From NCBI RefSeq assembly GCF_046119375.1, contig NW_027362769.1, forward strand, positions 363,878,001-363,942,000: a stretch of DNA of 64,000 bases. The letters run 5' to 3'. A model generated the notes under the pieces. It ran no database searches, was not told where the DNA came from, and saw nothing but the letters and a program-made list of their open reading frames with translations. Within the stretch, counting starts at the first letter, position 1. Every line of letters begins with the position of its first letter. Source of the DNA: Phyllobates terribilis (Eukaryota). Below are positions 24,608-39,757 of this stretch, piece after piece. A program made the translations under genes and the position numbers.

Positions 24608-25758
24608 TGGGGTATTGGTCGGCGCTGGCTGAGGTCTCTCGTTCATTCTCTGATCACAGTTTTGAATTTCCCCTCAATCGTTGTTCTAAATCCGTCGGAT
24701 TATTACCGGCCCCTCTGCTTGTAGTGGAGATCGCAATCTGAGCAATCCGGACTGGGGGAAGCTGTACCCACTGGGAATACAGGGTCCTGCTCTCCTGATC
24801 CGCTTGTCACCCAAACACGGTGATCGCTCCCCTGATCGGCCGGTGGAGGATGAGCCGCCATCATTATTCTGGTGAGGGTATTAACCTTCAGAGGCCGCCG
24901 TCAACCCCAGTATTTAGTTCCCAGAACACGGGCATCAAATAGGCGTCTACATACAAGGTACACAGGGCGTCCATCCATCCATCTGCCTCATACATCGATA
25001 TTCACTGTGAATATTCGCTGCCATCTGTAACCCACACGGATCTGATCCGGAAATATGTAGCAGAATCAACTCATTCATTTCACGGCAGGACCTGGATCTA
25101 ATGCTCTGTGGTAAACGCATCACAATGGGTATGGACTGTGTGCACAGAGGTACATATGTACGACCACCCCTCCCCATACACCCGTGTGTAATATTTATGT
25201 TATAGATCAATGGGAAGAAACATCACCCGAAGTCAGTGGTGTCAGCTCCAGAGTGGAAAGACTGGGGGAGCAGACAAGACACCATCTCATCTGGTTGATG
25301 CGGCTTCAGTCTTTATACCCATTAACCCTCGCTGAACCCCGGGTCTTCTATCAGAATACTGCTCCCCTAATCCGGAAAACCTAGAGACCTAGTATCCAGA
25401 GGCAGTCTAGAGCAAGCGATCGTTACACAACACAGATCGTCCTATAGTCGCCAGTACTGACCACACACTGTATGAAAAAAATCAGCCTCAAAGCGGGAAT
25501 TTCAAATCTTACAACCAACCAATCATCAAGTCACAGAACCAACCGCCATACACATCACATGACATTAACCGGAATCCCGGATCAGAGTTAACCCATTAGT
25601 GTTAGAATTACAGTCCATCGATCTAAACAACTGTTTACATTATCTAACACCTCAGTATGCGGAGCATGAACCCTGCACTGATGAGAACCAGACACCCGAG
25701 CTTCCTACCAGCAAGAATACAGAGCACATGAGAGATCAGTGCCCAGCCCAAGAAATTG

Positions 25759-25875
25759 TAGCCTCTCACTTAGAAGATGTGGTGGCTCTGAAAAGAGCCT
25801 TTGGGTTGTCAAGATGCTCCACCCTGGCAACACAAAAGCTCTTTTCAGAGCCACCCAAATCTAAGTGAGAGGCTA
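25759..25875. repeat. Inverted pair of orphan H4-type histone 3' ends (stem-loop plus downstream element) with no CDS
   Basis: Stem-loops at 25784-25799 (-) and 25837-25852 (+); the arms are reverse complements. Confidence 0.85.
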
Positions 25876-27154
25876 GTTTCCTGTTGTGCTGGGGGTGATT
25901 TGCGCTCTGCTGATTTCTCCTCTTGCTGGTAGATCGCTCTGGTATCAAGTTTCGTGCTCCACATACTGGGGAGTCGGAAACGTTAATAATTGCGCAGAGC
26001 TGTGGACTGTATGTCCTGATTAGCACCAGGCTCAGTGTATATGCAGAGTACGAGATCCTTTGTGCGGCTGCCTGTAATATTGGTAGCTGTTACAGCCTGG
26101 GACGTGTCTGTTATACACTCCTGACATGTACTGGTGTGTCTGCTCCGCAGTCTTTCACTTCTGGAGCTGACACCGCTGACTTTGGGTGATGTGATGTGTC
26201 TTCTTATGGATCTATAACATAAATATTACACACAGTGGATGCGGGGGAGTGGTGATACATATAGCTCTGTGCACACAGCTCATACCCTGCTGTGATGCGG
26301 TTATTACAGAACAGAAATCCAAGTCTTGCCATGAGATGAATGTGTTGATTCTGCTACATGATATTTTTTTCAGATCAGTGTAGGACGCAGGGGCAGCGAA
26401 TATTCACTGCATGAGGCAGCTGGATAGATGGCCGCCCTGTGTACCCGGTATGTAGACTCCTATGTGATGACCGCGGATCTGTTTAGCCAATGACTAGGAA
26501 CCAGATATAAGGGTTTCCTCCTCCGTTTAACTCCTTAGTGGCCGTGTGACTGCTGATCACACACATGCTTTACACAAGCGGCTCCTTCCCCCACTCCAGA
26601 CCCGCAGCGCTCACATCAGGCTCCTGGTAGAACCTCAGAGACTTGTCTTAGTCTGTGGAGTGATCGGCGCCGACACCACAGGGAATCCGCAAAGAATACG
26701 TGGGTGAGTGAGGAGCCTCCTGCACGTGTAGATGGAGCGGAGAAGCATCAGATCACTGCTGAATATACAGATAACGGCATTGATTGGAATTAACCCCCTC
26801 TCCCCCCATCCCCTACATGAGGATTGTGTGGAGCTCAGAAAACCCAGGCAAAAATAATCGTCCAATTTATAGGTTTATTGGAATAAAAATGACTGGACTC
26901 CATGCTTAATCTTCCCCTATGCAAATATTTACCAATCATCCCTTCTATAATGTGCTGAATATACTAGATCACTGCCCAGCCAGGTAAAAGTAATCGCTGC
27001 ACCATCACCACACCAGTAACATGTAGCAGGATCGACCTGTGCATTTAATGCTTCTACTCTATAGTAAACAATGTATCGTGTAGTTCTATCTGACGCTGCA
27101 GGCGATGGTTCTCTTATCCACCAGCGGTGCCGGCTCTGATGAGGAGGATGTGGT

Positions 27155-27170
27155 GGCTCTTAGAAGAGCC
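27155..27170 (-). terminator. Histone 3' stem-loop (H2A)
   Basis: Reverse complement GGCTCTTCTAAGAGCC. Confidence 0.95.
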
Positions 27171-27204
27171 TTTGGTTGTTCGGACAGATGTGGAGGAGCG
27201 GCGC

Positions 27205-28310
<1,106 letters not shown>

Positions 28311-28343
28311 NNNNNTCCGTCTGCTGCTCGCCATCACCCCAAA

Positions 28344-28359
28344 GGCTCTTCTAAGAGCC
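28344..28359 (+). terminator. Histone 3' stem-loop (H2B)
   Basis: GGCTCTTCTAAGAGCC. Confidence 0.95.
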
Positions 28360-28365
28360 ACCACC

Positions 28366-28596
28366 CCGTCTCCATCAGAGCTGTGGCTGCTCCTGTGTCC
28401 TCTCCCGTCTACATCAGAGCTGTGGCTGCTCCTGTGTCCTCTCCCGTCTACATCAGAGCTGTGGCTGCTCCTGTGTCCTCTCCCGTCTACATCAGAGCTG
28501 TGGCTGCTCCTGTGTCCTCTCCCGTCTACATCAGAGCTGTGGCTGCTCCTGTGTCCTCTCCCGTCTCCATCGGAGCTGTGGCTGCTCCTGTGTCCT
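28366..28596 (+). repeat. 39-bp tandem repeat x6 containing the histone downstream element
   Basis: Unit CCGTCT(A/C)CATCAGAGCTGTGGCTGCTCCTGTGTCCTCTC at 28366, 28405, 28444, 28483, 28522, 28561. Confidence 0.92.
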
Positions 28597-29874
28597 GTCT
28601 ATTCACAGGATAAATGGCAGGTGGTGCTAGTAGAGCCGATTAACCCTTTCTAGACTGATTGTGAAACCTATGAATGAGTCCTTCACAGCTCTGATCCTTT
28701 CAGTAATCTTATGAGCGAGTTGTCCTGTGTTCAGTGGCTTTTTACTCAACCACTTGCTCCCCAGATCTGATATTCCGGGGTCTCCTCCATCCGGTATAAC
28801 CTGATTCGGTTAGTTCTTGTTTCTCCGAATAACATGAGATATTTGTGTAGAATTTATCTATAATTCCGGTCACTTCTTTTCACAGAGGAAGAAATTACAT
28901 CATTACATTTAGAAGTTGTGGAAACTGCAATGAGCGGGAAATTCATAATCCGCAGAGGAAGGGGAGGAGCTAATGTTACCAATGGGTGAATTCCCGCTCA
29001 GTGCTTGATGGATTTTCTGTTCTTTGTCATCATATAACACGTGGTCCTATGTCGGGCCGATATCGGGAACACCTGCATGTGTGCAGCGATTATTCCTCGT
29101 TTACATCACATACAGGAGTCTGTAGAGTTTCGGGATTAGGGCAGCAGATCTTTTTCTTCAGTACATTGCATCACAATCACTATTGTGGAGGACTATATAC
29201 TGATCGGGGATTTATCCTACAAGAAACATTTCTAGAAAGATCAATTCTACTTTCCCATGCAGATCTCATTATGTCTCCCCGATCATCTCCTCAGCAGTTT
29301 TCCAGTAATCCATTTACAGATCAATTCTACAGCTAAAGGCAGGAGGTTTGTGACAGGACTCGTACGATTGTGGATTGCAGATTGCTGAGAGTTCATTGCT
29401 CAGAACATTACACTCTGCTGTCAGGAGCCTATAGGTCAGGCATGCAGTATAGGTCAGGCATGCAGTATAGGTCAGGCATGCAGTTAGATCCTCAGTCATC
29501 ACATCCTCCTCAGGAGATTCTTTCCTGCTCAGGTACTGATCGCTCTTCTGCTCTTCCTCTTGTCCTCTCCCTCTTTATCCACTGACACTGAACATGGGCC
29601 CCGTCTCCTCCCAACAGAGTGAAGTTCCGCACTCCAGTTGTGCTTCTCTGCCCGGATAATGTCTGTCGTACAGAAAGCGGATTGTACGATGTGGAGACGA
29701 TCTGCAGCTGCTGAGAGCCCAGAAGGGTAACACAGGCGATGGCCTCCCTGACCTGTAATATAAGTACACCCCACTATTGTGCAAAAGGTGAACTACTGAG
29801 AGAAGACACAAAATGAAGCGTCTACACACAGAGCACAGCTGTATATAGTGCACAGACTACACAACAATTATATA

Positions 29875-30295
29875 CACTGTGTTCCAAATTATTATGCAAA
29901 TAATATTTTCTCAGATTTTCCCAAATTACCTATATGAATTGCAGTCATTGTAATTTTCCAGTCAAATAACTATTAGAGTACGATTGAAAGGTTTTTGTAC
30001 AAACTGCCTATGATAACAGTATATTTTTTAAAAAAATAAAAAACTCAAACTGCACTCAAAATGCATGTTCCAAATTATTATGCACAGCAGAGTTTTCAAC
30101 CTTTTCATTTTAATAAAGAACAAAAAAAATGGTCATTTTTGAAATTATAAGCATTAGCAGGTTATTACAAACTGAAATCAAACAGTTTTCAACTCAAAAC
30201 TTTATTCTAGGTGATGTTACATTTGCACATAGGACCCCTTGTTCGAAAGGAGCTTCTGAACTCTCTTGTCCATTGCATTTGTCAGGTTTTGACAA
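29875..30295 (+). mobile_element. Tc1/mariner terminal fragment (IR/DR type)
   Basis: TA|CACTGTGTTCCAAATTATTATGCA with a second TGTTCCAAATTATTATGCA at 30066. Confidence 0.7.
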
Positions 30296-30298
30296 ATG

Positions 30299-30456
30299 CA
30301 AATTTAAACACCGCCTTGCTGAGTGGTCGCGGTCGGCGGTCGCGACCAATCAGTGATTTTGGCTCCAAATTTAAACAACGCTCTGCTGATTGCGCTCGGC
30401 TTGACCGCATATATATACTAGAATACCCGATACGTTAGAATCGGGCCACCATCTAC
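30299..30456 (+). mobile_element. 3' fragment of the Helitron-type element seen at 54232-58266
   Basis: Two repeat units plus AATACCCGAT-ACGTTAGA-ATCGGGCCACCATCTAC|T. Confidence 0.8.
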
Positions 30457-33400
30457 TAATATTTATACTTGTGGATTTGCTGCGGTTCCATTAAAGTCAA
30501 TGGGCGGGAAACGCTGCAGAAACGCACATAGAGTGGTACCCGGATTGGCTGGGGAGGGCGACTACTCCCATCATCCGACCACCAGTCCCGCTGATAATAG
30601 CGAGAGCGGCGCGGCTGAGGGGATCAGCAGTGTTCTCAGCCGAGTCGGGGCTGCGCGCTGTGTAAGAAAAAATAAAAAATCACTATCTTCACCTGTCTGA
30701 CAGCTCCCGATGTCCTCCTGGTCCTTACAATGTCCCCGGTGACGTGTTCAGCCCGGAGGCCGGCGGTACACTGCTGGGAGAGTGCTCGCTTCCAGCAGTG
30801 TACTTTGCTGCGCTGCCAGGACCTGAGGTCACATGAGCTCTCAGCTGAAGATCAGCTCAGAGCTCACGTGACCTCACTTTACGGCACCGGTGCTGCGTGG
30901 GAACATTCTCAAGAATGTTCCCACATTCCACAGAGGCTGAGATAACCGGGCTGGGGCTGATCTTCTGATCTTCAGCTTATGAACCCAAGTGACCTCACTC
31001 TTGCAGCTGCAATATATACTGGCAGTAGTGATTACACCCCTGTCAGTGTACATTGCTGTCTTCTACAGCAGTGACATCAGTGATTGCTGATGTCACTGCT
31101 GTAGAATTGTCCCGAATCGCCGAGGGACAATCTGGATTGCGTGATGATGGCGGACATGTGAGGGATATGGTTGTTTTTTATTTTTTTTACAGAAGATCGA
31201 GGGTTTCGGGACTGAGCATATAATAAAAAAAATATTAAAACCGTGGGTATTTTTATTTCATTAAAATACTTTATTCTGGCCTTGTCTTTTATTTAATTTA
31301 AAAAGCAGTGAAAACTTTTTTTTATTTTACAAAGCGGTGAAAACTTTACTACACGGTTAGTAATGATGGCGTCTTATAGACGCCCTCCATTACTAACCTG
31401 AGCTTCACGTCAGCCGCCAATACAAGGCTGACATGAACCCAGACCCCATTACCACACTCGCCACTGCTACAGGGCAGTAGAAAAGCGGATGCGCCATTTC
31501 TGGGACTGCTGAGGGGTGATATTATTAGCCGCGGAGGGGACAGGATCCATGGCCCCTTCCTTGGCTATTAATATCAGCATGCAGCTGTCTGTATAGACTC
31601 TTCTGGTTAGAATTAATAGGGGGACCCTATGTCAATTTTTTTCTGGGATCCCACTGTAATCTAGCCAGTAAAGGCTAAGCAAACAGCTATAGGTTGTTAT
31701 TAATAGCCAGGGAACATTGTTGGGCTAATGGCCCCTTCCCAAGCTACTAATATCAGCCTCCAGCGGCCGGCTTTCCCTTTGCTGGTTATAAAAATGACTC
31801 AGGAGCCCATGCCATAATTGTTTAAAAATTTTAGGCTCTGTGCCCATGATTCAGACTTTGCAGGGCTTTAGACAGATATTCTTCCAAAACGTTGCATTCT
31901 TTTGAACGCAGGTAAATCCACATGTGTTCACTAAAATATGCGGATTTACCACATTTAATGCATTCTAGAGGTCACATTTCGGTTACGGAGACTAGCGTCT
32001 CTGCAAGAGAATTTGACATGCTGCGGTCCTGAAAGACGCGCCACATGACAATGTCCACGGGTGATACGCACACTCAGATGCATGCATAGTGGACATGGGA
32101 TTTCTAGAAATCCCATCCACTATCCTGTAACATCTCAACGCTGCAGGTTTCATCCTTTAAAAACACGCAGCGTCAAACCTGCAGCGGCTCCTGATCGTGG
32201 CCATATCCCCAAACTCACCCGCAGCATGTCAATTTCTGTAGCTAGTTTCTGCTGCAGATTTTAACCGATTGAAGTTTCATTTTATGCGGTGGATTCACAT
32301 GTACCGACAACAAAAGTGCGGCAATAGAACACCGTGTTTTTGAGACAGAAAAAATATGCTACGTCATAGGCTAATGAAACAACTGTGAGCTGTTATTATA
32401 GTCAGGGAACATGTTTGACTAATGGCACCTTCCTAGGCTAAAAGTAGCAGCTTTCAGCTGCCCCAGAAATTACATGAATGGGAATGCTGATGAAAATTGG
32501 GTGAATTGGATTAGCTGACACCTAGCTCTTTTGTTTCGTGATGACACAATGTCAATCAGACCCTTTCATTACCAAACCTAAATAAAATAAAGTAAAGAAT
32601 TAAATAAACACACAGACACAGAGTAAACACTTTATTTGAAATACAACAGACACATTATTTAAAGGGATTCTGTCACCCCTGGGAGATATCAGACCTCTAC
32701 TATGGGCATACAAGTTAAAGAAAAGAAAATCTATACATACCTGTATGGCCCATAGTAGAGGTTTGATTTCAGAGAAAAGTGCTTTCATCCACTTTGTTTT
32801 CCACAGGATTGGTGTCCCCCGGAAACCAATAAATCCCCATCTGTTTATTGTTCCCCAAAATATCCGCCTATATGCTTAGTTACCATATTATCCCACTGCC
32901 CTGCATGTCACAGGGACCTGTGATGAGCTCTGTTCTACCTCACTACTCGGGCATGCGCAAAATGCCGCTCACATAAGGCGCGCTTTGCTTCATCCTGGCC
33001 CCGTCTCGCCGTGCACTGTACCGCAGGGTTCCATTGTGCAGGCGTCGGGAATTGACAGTTACTGCATACGCAATAACAGTAAAGGAGACCCACTTTTTAA
33101 TAATGGGAACAATAAAGCATAGCCGGTTGATGGCCCTCTAACAATAGTGAGGGCCGACTGTTGATCCTTTAAGGGCCGCTGCAGAGGACTCATAGCTTGG
33201 TCCTCGTACATGTTACTCCTGTTATAGCGCAATGGTTGCTTTACTCATGCTGGACAGTGATATAGTCTATACTGAAGAGTACAAGGGACAACGGGGAAGG
33301 GTGAACATTAGGTCCTTGCCCGTGAGAAGCCAGTTTTTCATACATACAATGCGGCTGCTAATAAGGTAAGTCATACAATTGACAGCCTTCCTCACTAAAC

Positions 33401-33471
33401 TGTTTACAAACTTGCACAAAGACAACTTGCTGGACCTCCGGATCTGTGGGAAAAGAGCTTAGATCTGCCCC

Positions 33472-34481
33472 TGACTTGCCCCCTGAGCCGTGGGGCACCC
33501 GGAACCGGGCTTTAGTGCGATGATGGGGGTAGTAGTGGCAACCCCATCCCGTGGCTCAGGGTGGTCAGACCAAATGCTGTGGCAGTCTATTTGTAGAGTT
33601 ATGAATGTCCGACTACGCCACCCGTGGGTTGCGGTCAGGGATGACCGCCACTGCAAGGCAGACCGCTGATGCTGGTGTGCAGCACAGGGATAGGATAACT
33701 CCCAACGGGAAGAGTGTAGCCTCAGGGAAGCGTATGTGAATGCTGGTGGTGATAGTGCAGGCCGCAATAATAAGAGTTCAGAATCCGCTTCAAACAGTCC
33801 AGGGTCTTTATTGTAGGTATTACTAATGACCCGACAGGAGTACCGGGTAGGAATGGGCCTGGGTGTCTGAGAGCATTCGGGCGAGCCCCACTGGTCAGGG
33901 TGAGTGTGAAGGCCTACCGTTCTCACTCTGCCCTTGCTGACTATCCCCCTTTTCGTGGTGTAATAGCCCACGTCCCTGAGCTGGCCATGTACTTCGCCTG
34001 TATGGCTTGCGACTCGGGCCTTGGGTACCTTTTGCTTCCTCGTGCTGTACCGGTCCCTCTGTGTGGCGGAGCCTCCAGGCTTCTTAGGCCAAGGGACCTG
34101 AAATCCCTCGCGGGTTGGTTCTCTGCTGCTGGGCTTGCAACCCTGACAGCCTCGGACCCCAATGTCCGTTGGTGTAGTTCTCTCATCCAGAACCGGCTCT
34201 CGTCACCTCTGTCCCTGGCTCGCAGCTTCTCCTCTGCCTCACGGACTCCTTGGCTACAGCTGAACTGTCCCTCCTTCTCTGGGACTAGTCTCAGTCCTGA
34301 GCTAGGTCGTCCAGTTCTCTCTAACCCTGCCCTCAGTTCCAGCTTTTATAAGGGCAGCCAGCTCCACCTACTGGCCTGGGACAGGAGGTGCTGTATGCTA
34401 ATTGTCCCTGACCAGGGAACCTAACTCCTGCTCTCAGACACAGCCTATAATATTTGTGGCATCCAGGCCTGGGGTGACACA
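33472..34481 (-). mobile_element. Solo LTR (1010 bp) of the same lineage, minus strand
   Basis: Minus strand TGTGTCACCCC...GGGGGCAAGTCA; CCCC TSD (33468-33471 and 34482-34485); empty paralogous site at 47902-47905; TATAAAA, AATAAA (33807-33812). Confidence 0.9.
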
Positions 34482-35483
34482 CCCCGATCACCTGAGGATA
34501 ACAAGGTCCTAATTCTAGAAGAGCGAACTTTTAAAAATCTGACTTATTTTGGGAGTGGGTTCTATGAGCGCCATTCAATCCTCAAGTAGGGGATGGCGGG
34601 AGAGGGGTTAATTCCATTCAGTGCCGTTATCTGTATATTCAGCAGTGATCTGATGCTTCTACTCCGCTCCATCTACACATCCAGGAGGCTCCTCATTCAC
34701 CCACTAATCTACATTGATACCCTGTGGTGTTCGCTCCGATCCAACTGAGGAGAAGTCTCACAGGTTCTACAAGGAGCCGGATGTGAGCGTCGCGGGGTCT
34801 GGGGAAGACCCCGCTTCTGTAAAGCATGTGTAAGTGCGGAGTGGGGATCAACAAAACACACGGCTACTAGAGTTAAACAGTGGCAGAAATACTTGTATCC
34901 GGTATTGATCGGCGCCTGAGGATGTCTGTCTGTCATTGGCTGATCACAGATCCGTTGGCTGTTTTCAATTTCCCGCTCAATCGTTCTTTGTCTTTTGTCA
35001 TATTACCGGCTCCTCTGCTTGTAGGGAGAACGCTATCTGGTCTGGGGGAAGCTCTACCCCACTGTACGGCGCAGAGCCGCTTACCCCAATCACAGTGATC
35101 GTAGAGAGAAGGGTGGGCCTCAATTATTATTTTCGGGTTAACAATCTTCACCATCATTCAAGGTTTTCTCCAAGCAGCACTCGGAACATCGCTACTGATG
35201 GGAGCAGGAATGTACCTTGTATTACAGAAAGCGGATACTGCTTCCATAACTCGGGAGATCTACAGATTCCTGTATTGGACATAATCGGTGATTGACTAGA
35301 AATCATTCCAACCGCAAGAAACTATTAACCCTTCAGTGCCAGTATTCTCAGAGCTCCTTGTGAACAATGACTGAGTATTTTAATTCCTATTAAACAGAGT
35401 ATAAATCTCGCACTGACATTCACAGAAGCACAAGGGTTATTACTCGCCAGCAGGAAATTGTAGCCTCACTTAGAAGATGTGGT

Positions 35484-35499
35484 GGCTCTGAAAAGAGCC
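35484..35499 (-). terminator. Histone 3' stem-loop (H4)
   Basis: Reverse complement GGCTCTTTTCAGAGCC. Confidence 0.95.
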
Positions 35500-35508
35500 T
35501 TTGGATTG

Positions 35509-36048
<540 letters not shown>

Positions 36049-37440
36049 CTATAACGGCACTGACAGTGATTAACCCCCACTTCCATCATACCAGCATATT
36101 CGTAACATGCTATTCACTAATGTCCAGGAAGGGTCATTTCCGCACCTTACTACTCCCCTCATCATCCCTTGCATTCTGTACAATCTACATGTGACATTCT
36201 GGCTGCTCCCGGTGACTAATCTATAGGATCCTGACTGAGCTCTGACATTTCTAAGATGGGCTTGTCACTTCTGATAGAATTGCTCTTGGGGTGCGGTGAT
36301 GTGAGGAGGATTGTGGCAGCCAGGATTATTGCCTCTTCTAAGGACAGTGCAGGGAGGAAGCCGCGGTCAGCAGCACTGCTCCGATACTGACACCAGCTCA
36401 TAAGCCGGGGTATCCCCTCAGTTTGGCTTACAGAGGGTCTCTTCCTGCAAGTGATAATGGCAGGACAGTACTGTTATCAATTGGGAACAGAATTCTTCCT
36501 GTAGAAGATAATGACAACAGCTCAGATTGGTCAAATAAAAAAGGAACCGTATAAGTAACATAATCACTGAGCAGCTGATTGATTCTCATTCCAGTGGTCC
36601 CATATCCAATGGAGAATACACTGTGATCTGGAAGGTGATTACATGAATGTGCTCAGTGGAGTTTATCTATAGACCGGACACTTCTCTTCACAGCAGAAGT
36701 AGTAACACAATTACATTGTAGAAGCTGCGGAAACTACAAGGAGCGGAAAATTCAAACTCCCTAACGTCCTGTGTTCAGCCAATCAGCAGAGGAAGGGGAG
36801 GAGCTAATGTTAATAGTTACCGAATAGGAAGTTCCCGCTCAGGGGCTGATGGCTTTTTCTCTTCTTCGTCCTTCTGGATCACGTAGTTTCAGGACTCTCG
36901 GAAATCAGGAAATTTGCTTGTGTTGAGCGATCAATGGTCTCTTGGTTCCATACAGGAATCTTGTTTTCCAGGATCCAGGGAACAGTATCCGCTTTCTATA
37001 AACACAAAGTGCAGAACTGATTCTAACAATGGTGACTCCATCACACCAGCAATATTCCGAGTGCCGGGAATATAAAGAAACGAGATACTGCAGTTTACAG
37101 AGAACTTTGAAAGGAGGTGGAGATTTTATAAAATGTAGGTTAATATTATCTAGATAAACCTACTACAGAGCTGCAGAGGATATTAGTCTCTTAATCCTGA
37201 TGCGTTTTCAGGATCAGACCCGTGCGGCTGATAGGAGTCAGCGAGTGTTCACAGGAGATAGCGCTGGATAATGGACGTCCTATAATGATCGCATCATATA
37301 CACCAAGAAATCTGCGCATGCTTTCTAGATTCTTTCACAACACAGTCCAGACTCCAAATAGATTATATAAAGCTGACATTCAATAATCAGGGTAGAGAAG
37401 CAGATGTGAGGGTTCAGCTCGTTATTATGGAGGATTTGGT

Positions 37441-37456
37441 GGCTCTGAAAAGAGCC
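37441..37456 (-). terminator. Histone 3' stem-loop (H3)
   Basis: Reverse complement GGCTCTTTTCAGAGCC. Confidence 0.95.
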
Positions 37457-37485
37457 TTTGTGTTAGTCAGACGTGCAGGACGGAT

Positions 37486-37950
<465 letters not shown>

Positions 37951-38544
37951 TTATACTCCTCTGCTCCTGTTAGCGCGTCATGTGAACACGCCCCCTACAA
38001 TTCTATTGGCTAGTTCATAAATTAACATGAGCCGCCAAAACACGTGCGATGTCTGCGACCAAACATTATTCACGAAATCAACCCAACACCCAGTAATCCC
38101 GCCCTCATAAAGAGGGGCAGGGTCTCTGTTCACACTCTTTTCTGGCTGCGGATACTGGCACAGGGTCACACCATGTCTACATGCGGCTTCTACAGCAAGA
38201 GCCGCAGTCGTCACTGTTCTATGTCACCAGTACACGGAGCTGTACAGGCTCTAATCTATCATCAGTCAAATCACTGGTTCTCCAATTCTCACATCGAAGT
38301 AATAACCGCACACTAATCCTTTCACTAATAAAGACGCAGGTTACAAGTGGTGATTGATTAGGATGATGTAGATTTCTGTAGGACATCGGCCCCTTCCCTC
38401 CATTGATTACACTGATCGGTCACCTGCACTGGTGTGATCGGGACACAGCGCAGCTCTATGCGGAGATGTGGGGAAAAGCTTATTCATTATAACACTGGAG
38501 CCGCTCCCTGTACACACTATAATCTAGAAGAGGCAGGATATACG

Positions 38545-39062
38545 GGCACTGATCATACAGCTCTGCCGGGGACAAGATGATGGCATTGATCATACAGCTC
38601 TGCCGGGGACAAGGTGGTGGCACTGATCTTACAGCTCTGCCGGGGACAAGGTGGTGGCACTGATCATACAGCTTTGCCAGGGACAAGGTGGTGGCTCTGA
38701 TCATACAGCTCTGAAGGGGACAAGGTGGTGGCACTGATCATACAGCTCTGAAGGGGACAAGGTGATGGCACTGATCATACAGCTCTGCAGGGGACAAGGT
38801 GATGGCACTGATCATACAGCTCTGCAGGGGACAAGGTGGTGGCACTGATCATACAGCTCTGCCGGGCACAAGGTGGTGGCACTGATCATACAGCTCTGCC
38901 GGGGACAAGGTGATGGCACTGATCATACAGCTCTGTCAGGGACAAGGTGGTGGCTCTGATCATACAGCTCTGAAGGGGACAACGTGGTGGCACTGATCAT
39001 ACAGCTCTGAAGGGGACAAGATGATGGCACTGATCATACAGCTCTGCAGGGAACAAGGTGGT
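38545..39062 (-). repeat. ~37-bp tandem repeat (~14 units) directly downstream of the H1 stem-loop
   Basis: Sense unit GCCACCACCTTGTCCCCTGCAGAGCTGTATGATCAGT. Confidence 0.93.
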
Positions 39063-39078
39063 GGCTCTGAAAAGAGCC
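39063..39078 (-). terminator. Histone 3' stem-loop (H1)
   Basis: Reverse complement GGCTCTTTTCAGAGCC. Confidence 0.95.
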
Positions 39079-39109
39079 TTTGTGGGGTAATTAACAGGGC
39101 GGCTTTGGC

Positions 39110-39757
39110 TTATTTCTTCGCTGCGGGCTTCTTGGCTTTAGCTGCCTTCTTAGCAGGATTCTTGGCAGCTTTGGGTTTGGCCACTTTCTTAGCCGGACTC
39201 TTCGTCACCTTCTTGGGCTTCGGAGCGGCCTTTGGCTTCTTGGGGCTCTTGGCCGCCCTCTTGGCTGCTGCTGCGGGCTTCTTGGTCTTTTTCGGGCTCT
39301 TCTTGGCCGCGGTCGGAGCCTTCTTGGGAGACTTGGCGGCTTTCTTGGCTGCAGCAGGCTTCTTGGGCTTGGCTGCAGCTGCTGACTTCTTCCTGGCCGC
39401 TGTGTCCTTAGTCTCCTGCTGCTTCTTGTTCAGCTTGAAGGACCCGGAGGCGCCGCTGCCCTTCACCTGGAGGAGGGCGCCCTTGGTGACCAGAGACTTG
39501 ACGGCCAGCTTCAGGCGGCTGTTGTTCTTCTCTACATCGTATCCTCCGGCAGACAGAGCCTTCTTCAGGGCGGCCAGAGACACCCCACTGCGCTCCTTAG
39601 AGGCGGACACGGCTTTCACGATCAGATCGGAGACGCTGGGACCGGAGGGTTTCTTGCTTTTCTTGGAGCCCCCGGCGGCGGATTTCTTCGGCTGCTTCTT
39701 GGATTTGGCGGCCGGTTCTGCGGGAGGGGGAGCGGCGGCTGGTGCGGTCTCTGCCAT
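39110..39757 (-). CDS. H1: Linker histone H1 (215 aa)
   Basis: MAETAPAAA..., globular domain [12 protein letters not shown]...[15 protein letters not shown]-rich tail. Confidence 0.96.
   Translation of the reverse strand: MAETAPAAAPPPAEPAAKSKKQPKKSAAGGSKKSKKPSGPSVSDLIVKAVSASKERSGVSLAALKKALSAGGYDVEKNNSRLKLAVKSLVTKGALLQVKGSGASGSFKLNKKQQETKDTAARKKSAAAAKPKKPAAAKKAAKSPKKAPTAAKKSPKKTKKPAAAAKRAAKSPKKPKAAPKPKKVTKSPAKKVAKPKAAKNPAKKAAKAKKPAAKK

Noticed and set aside
26886-26960. Octamer + CCAAT + TATA-like cluster, possible snoRNA
   Set aside because: No canonical C/D boxes and no adjacent CDS; insufficient support.
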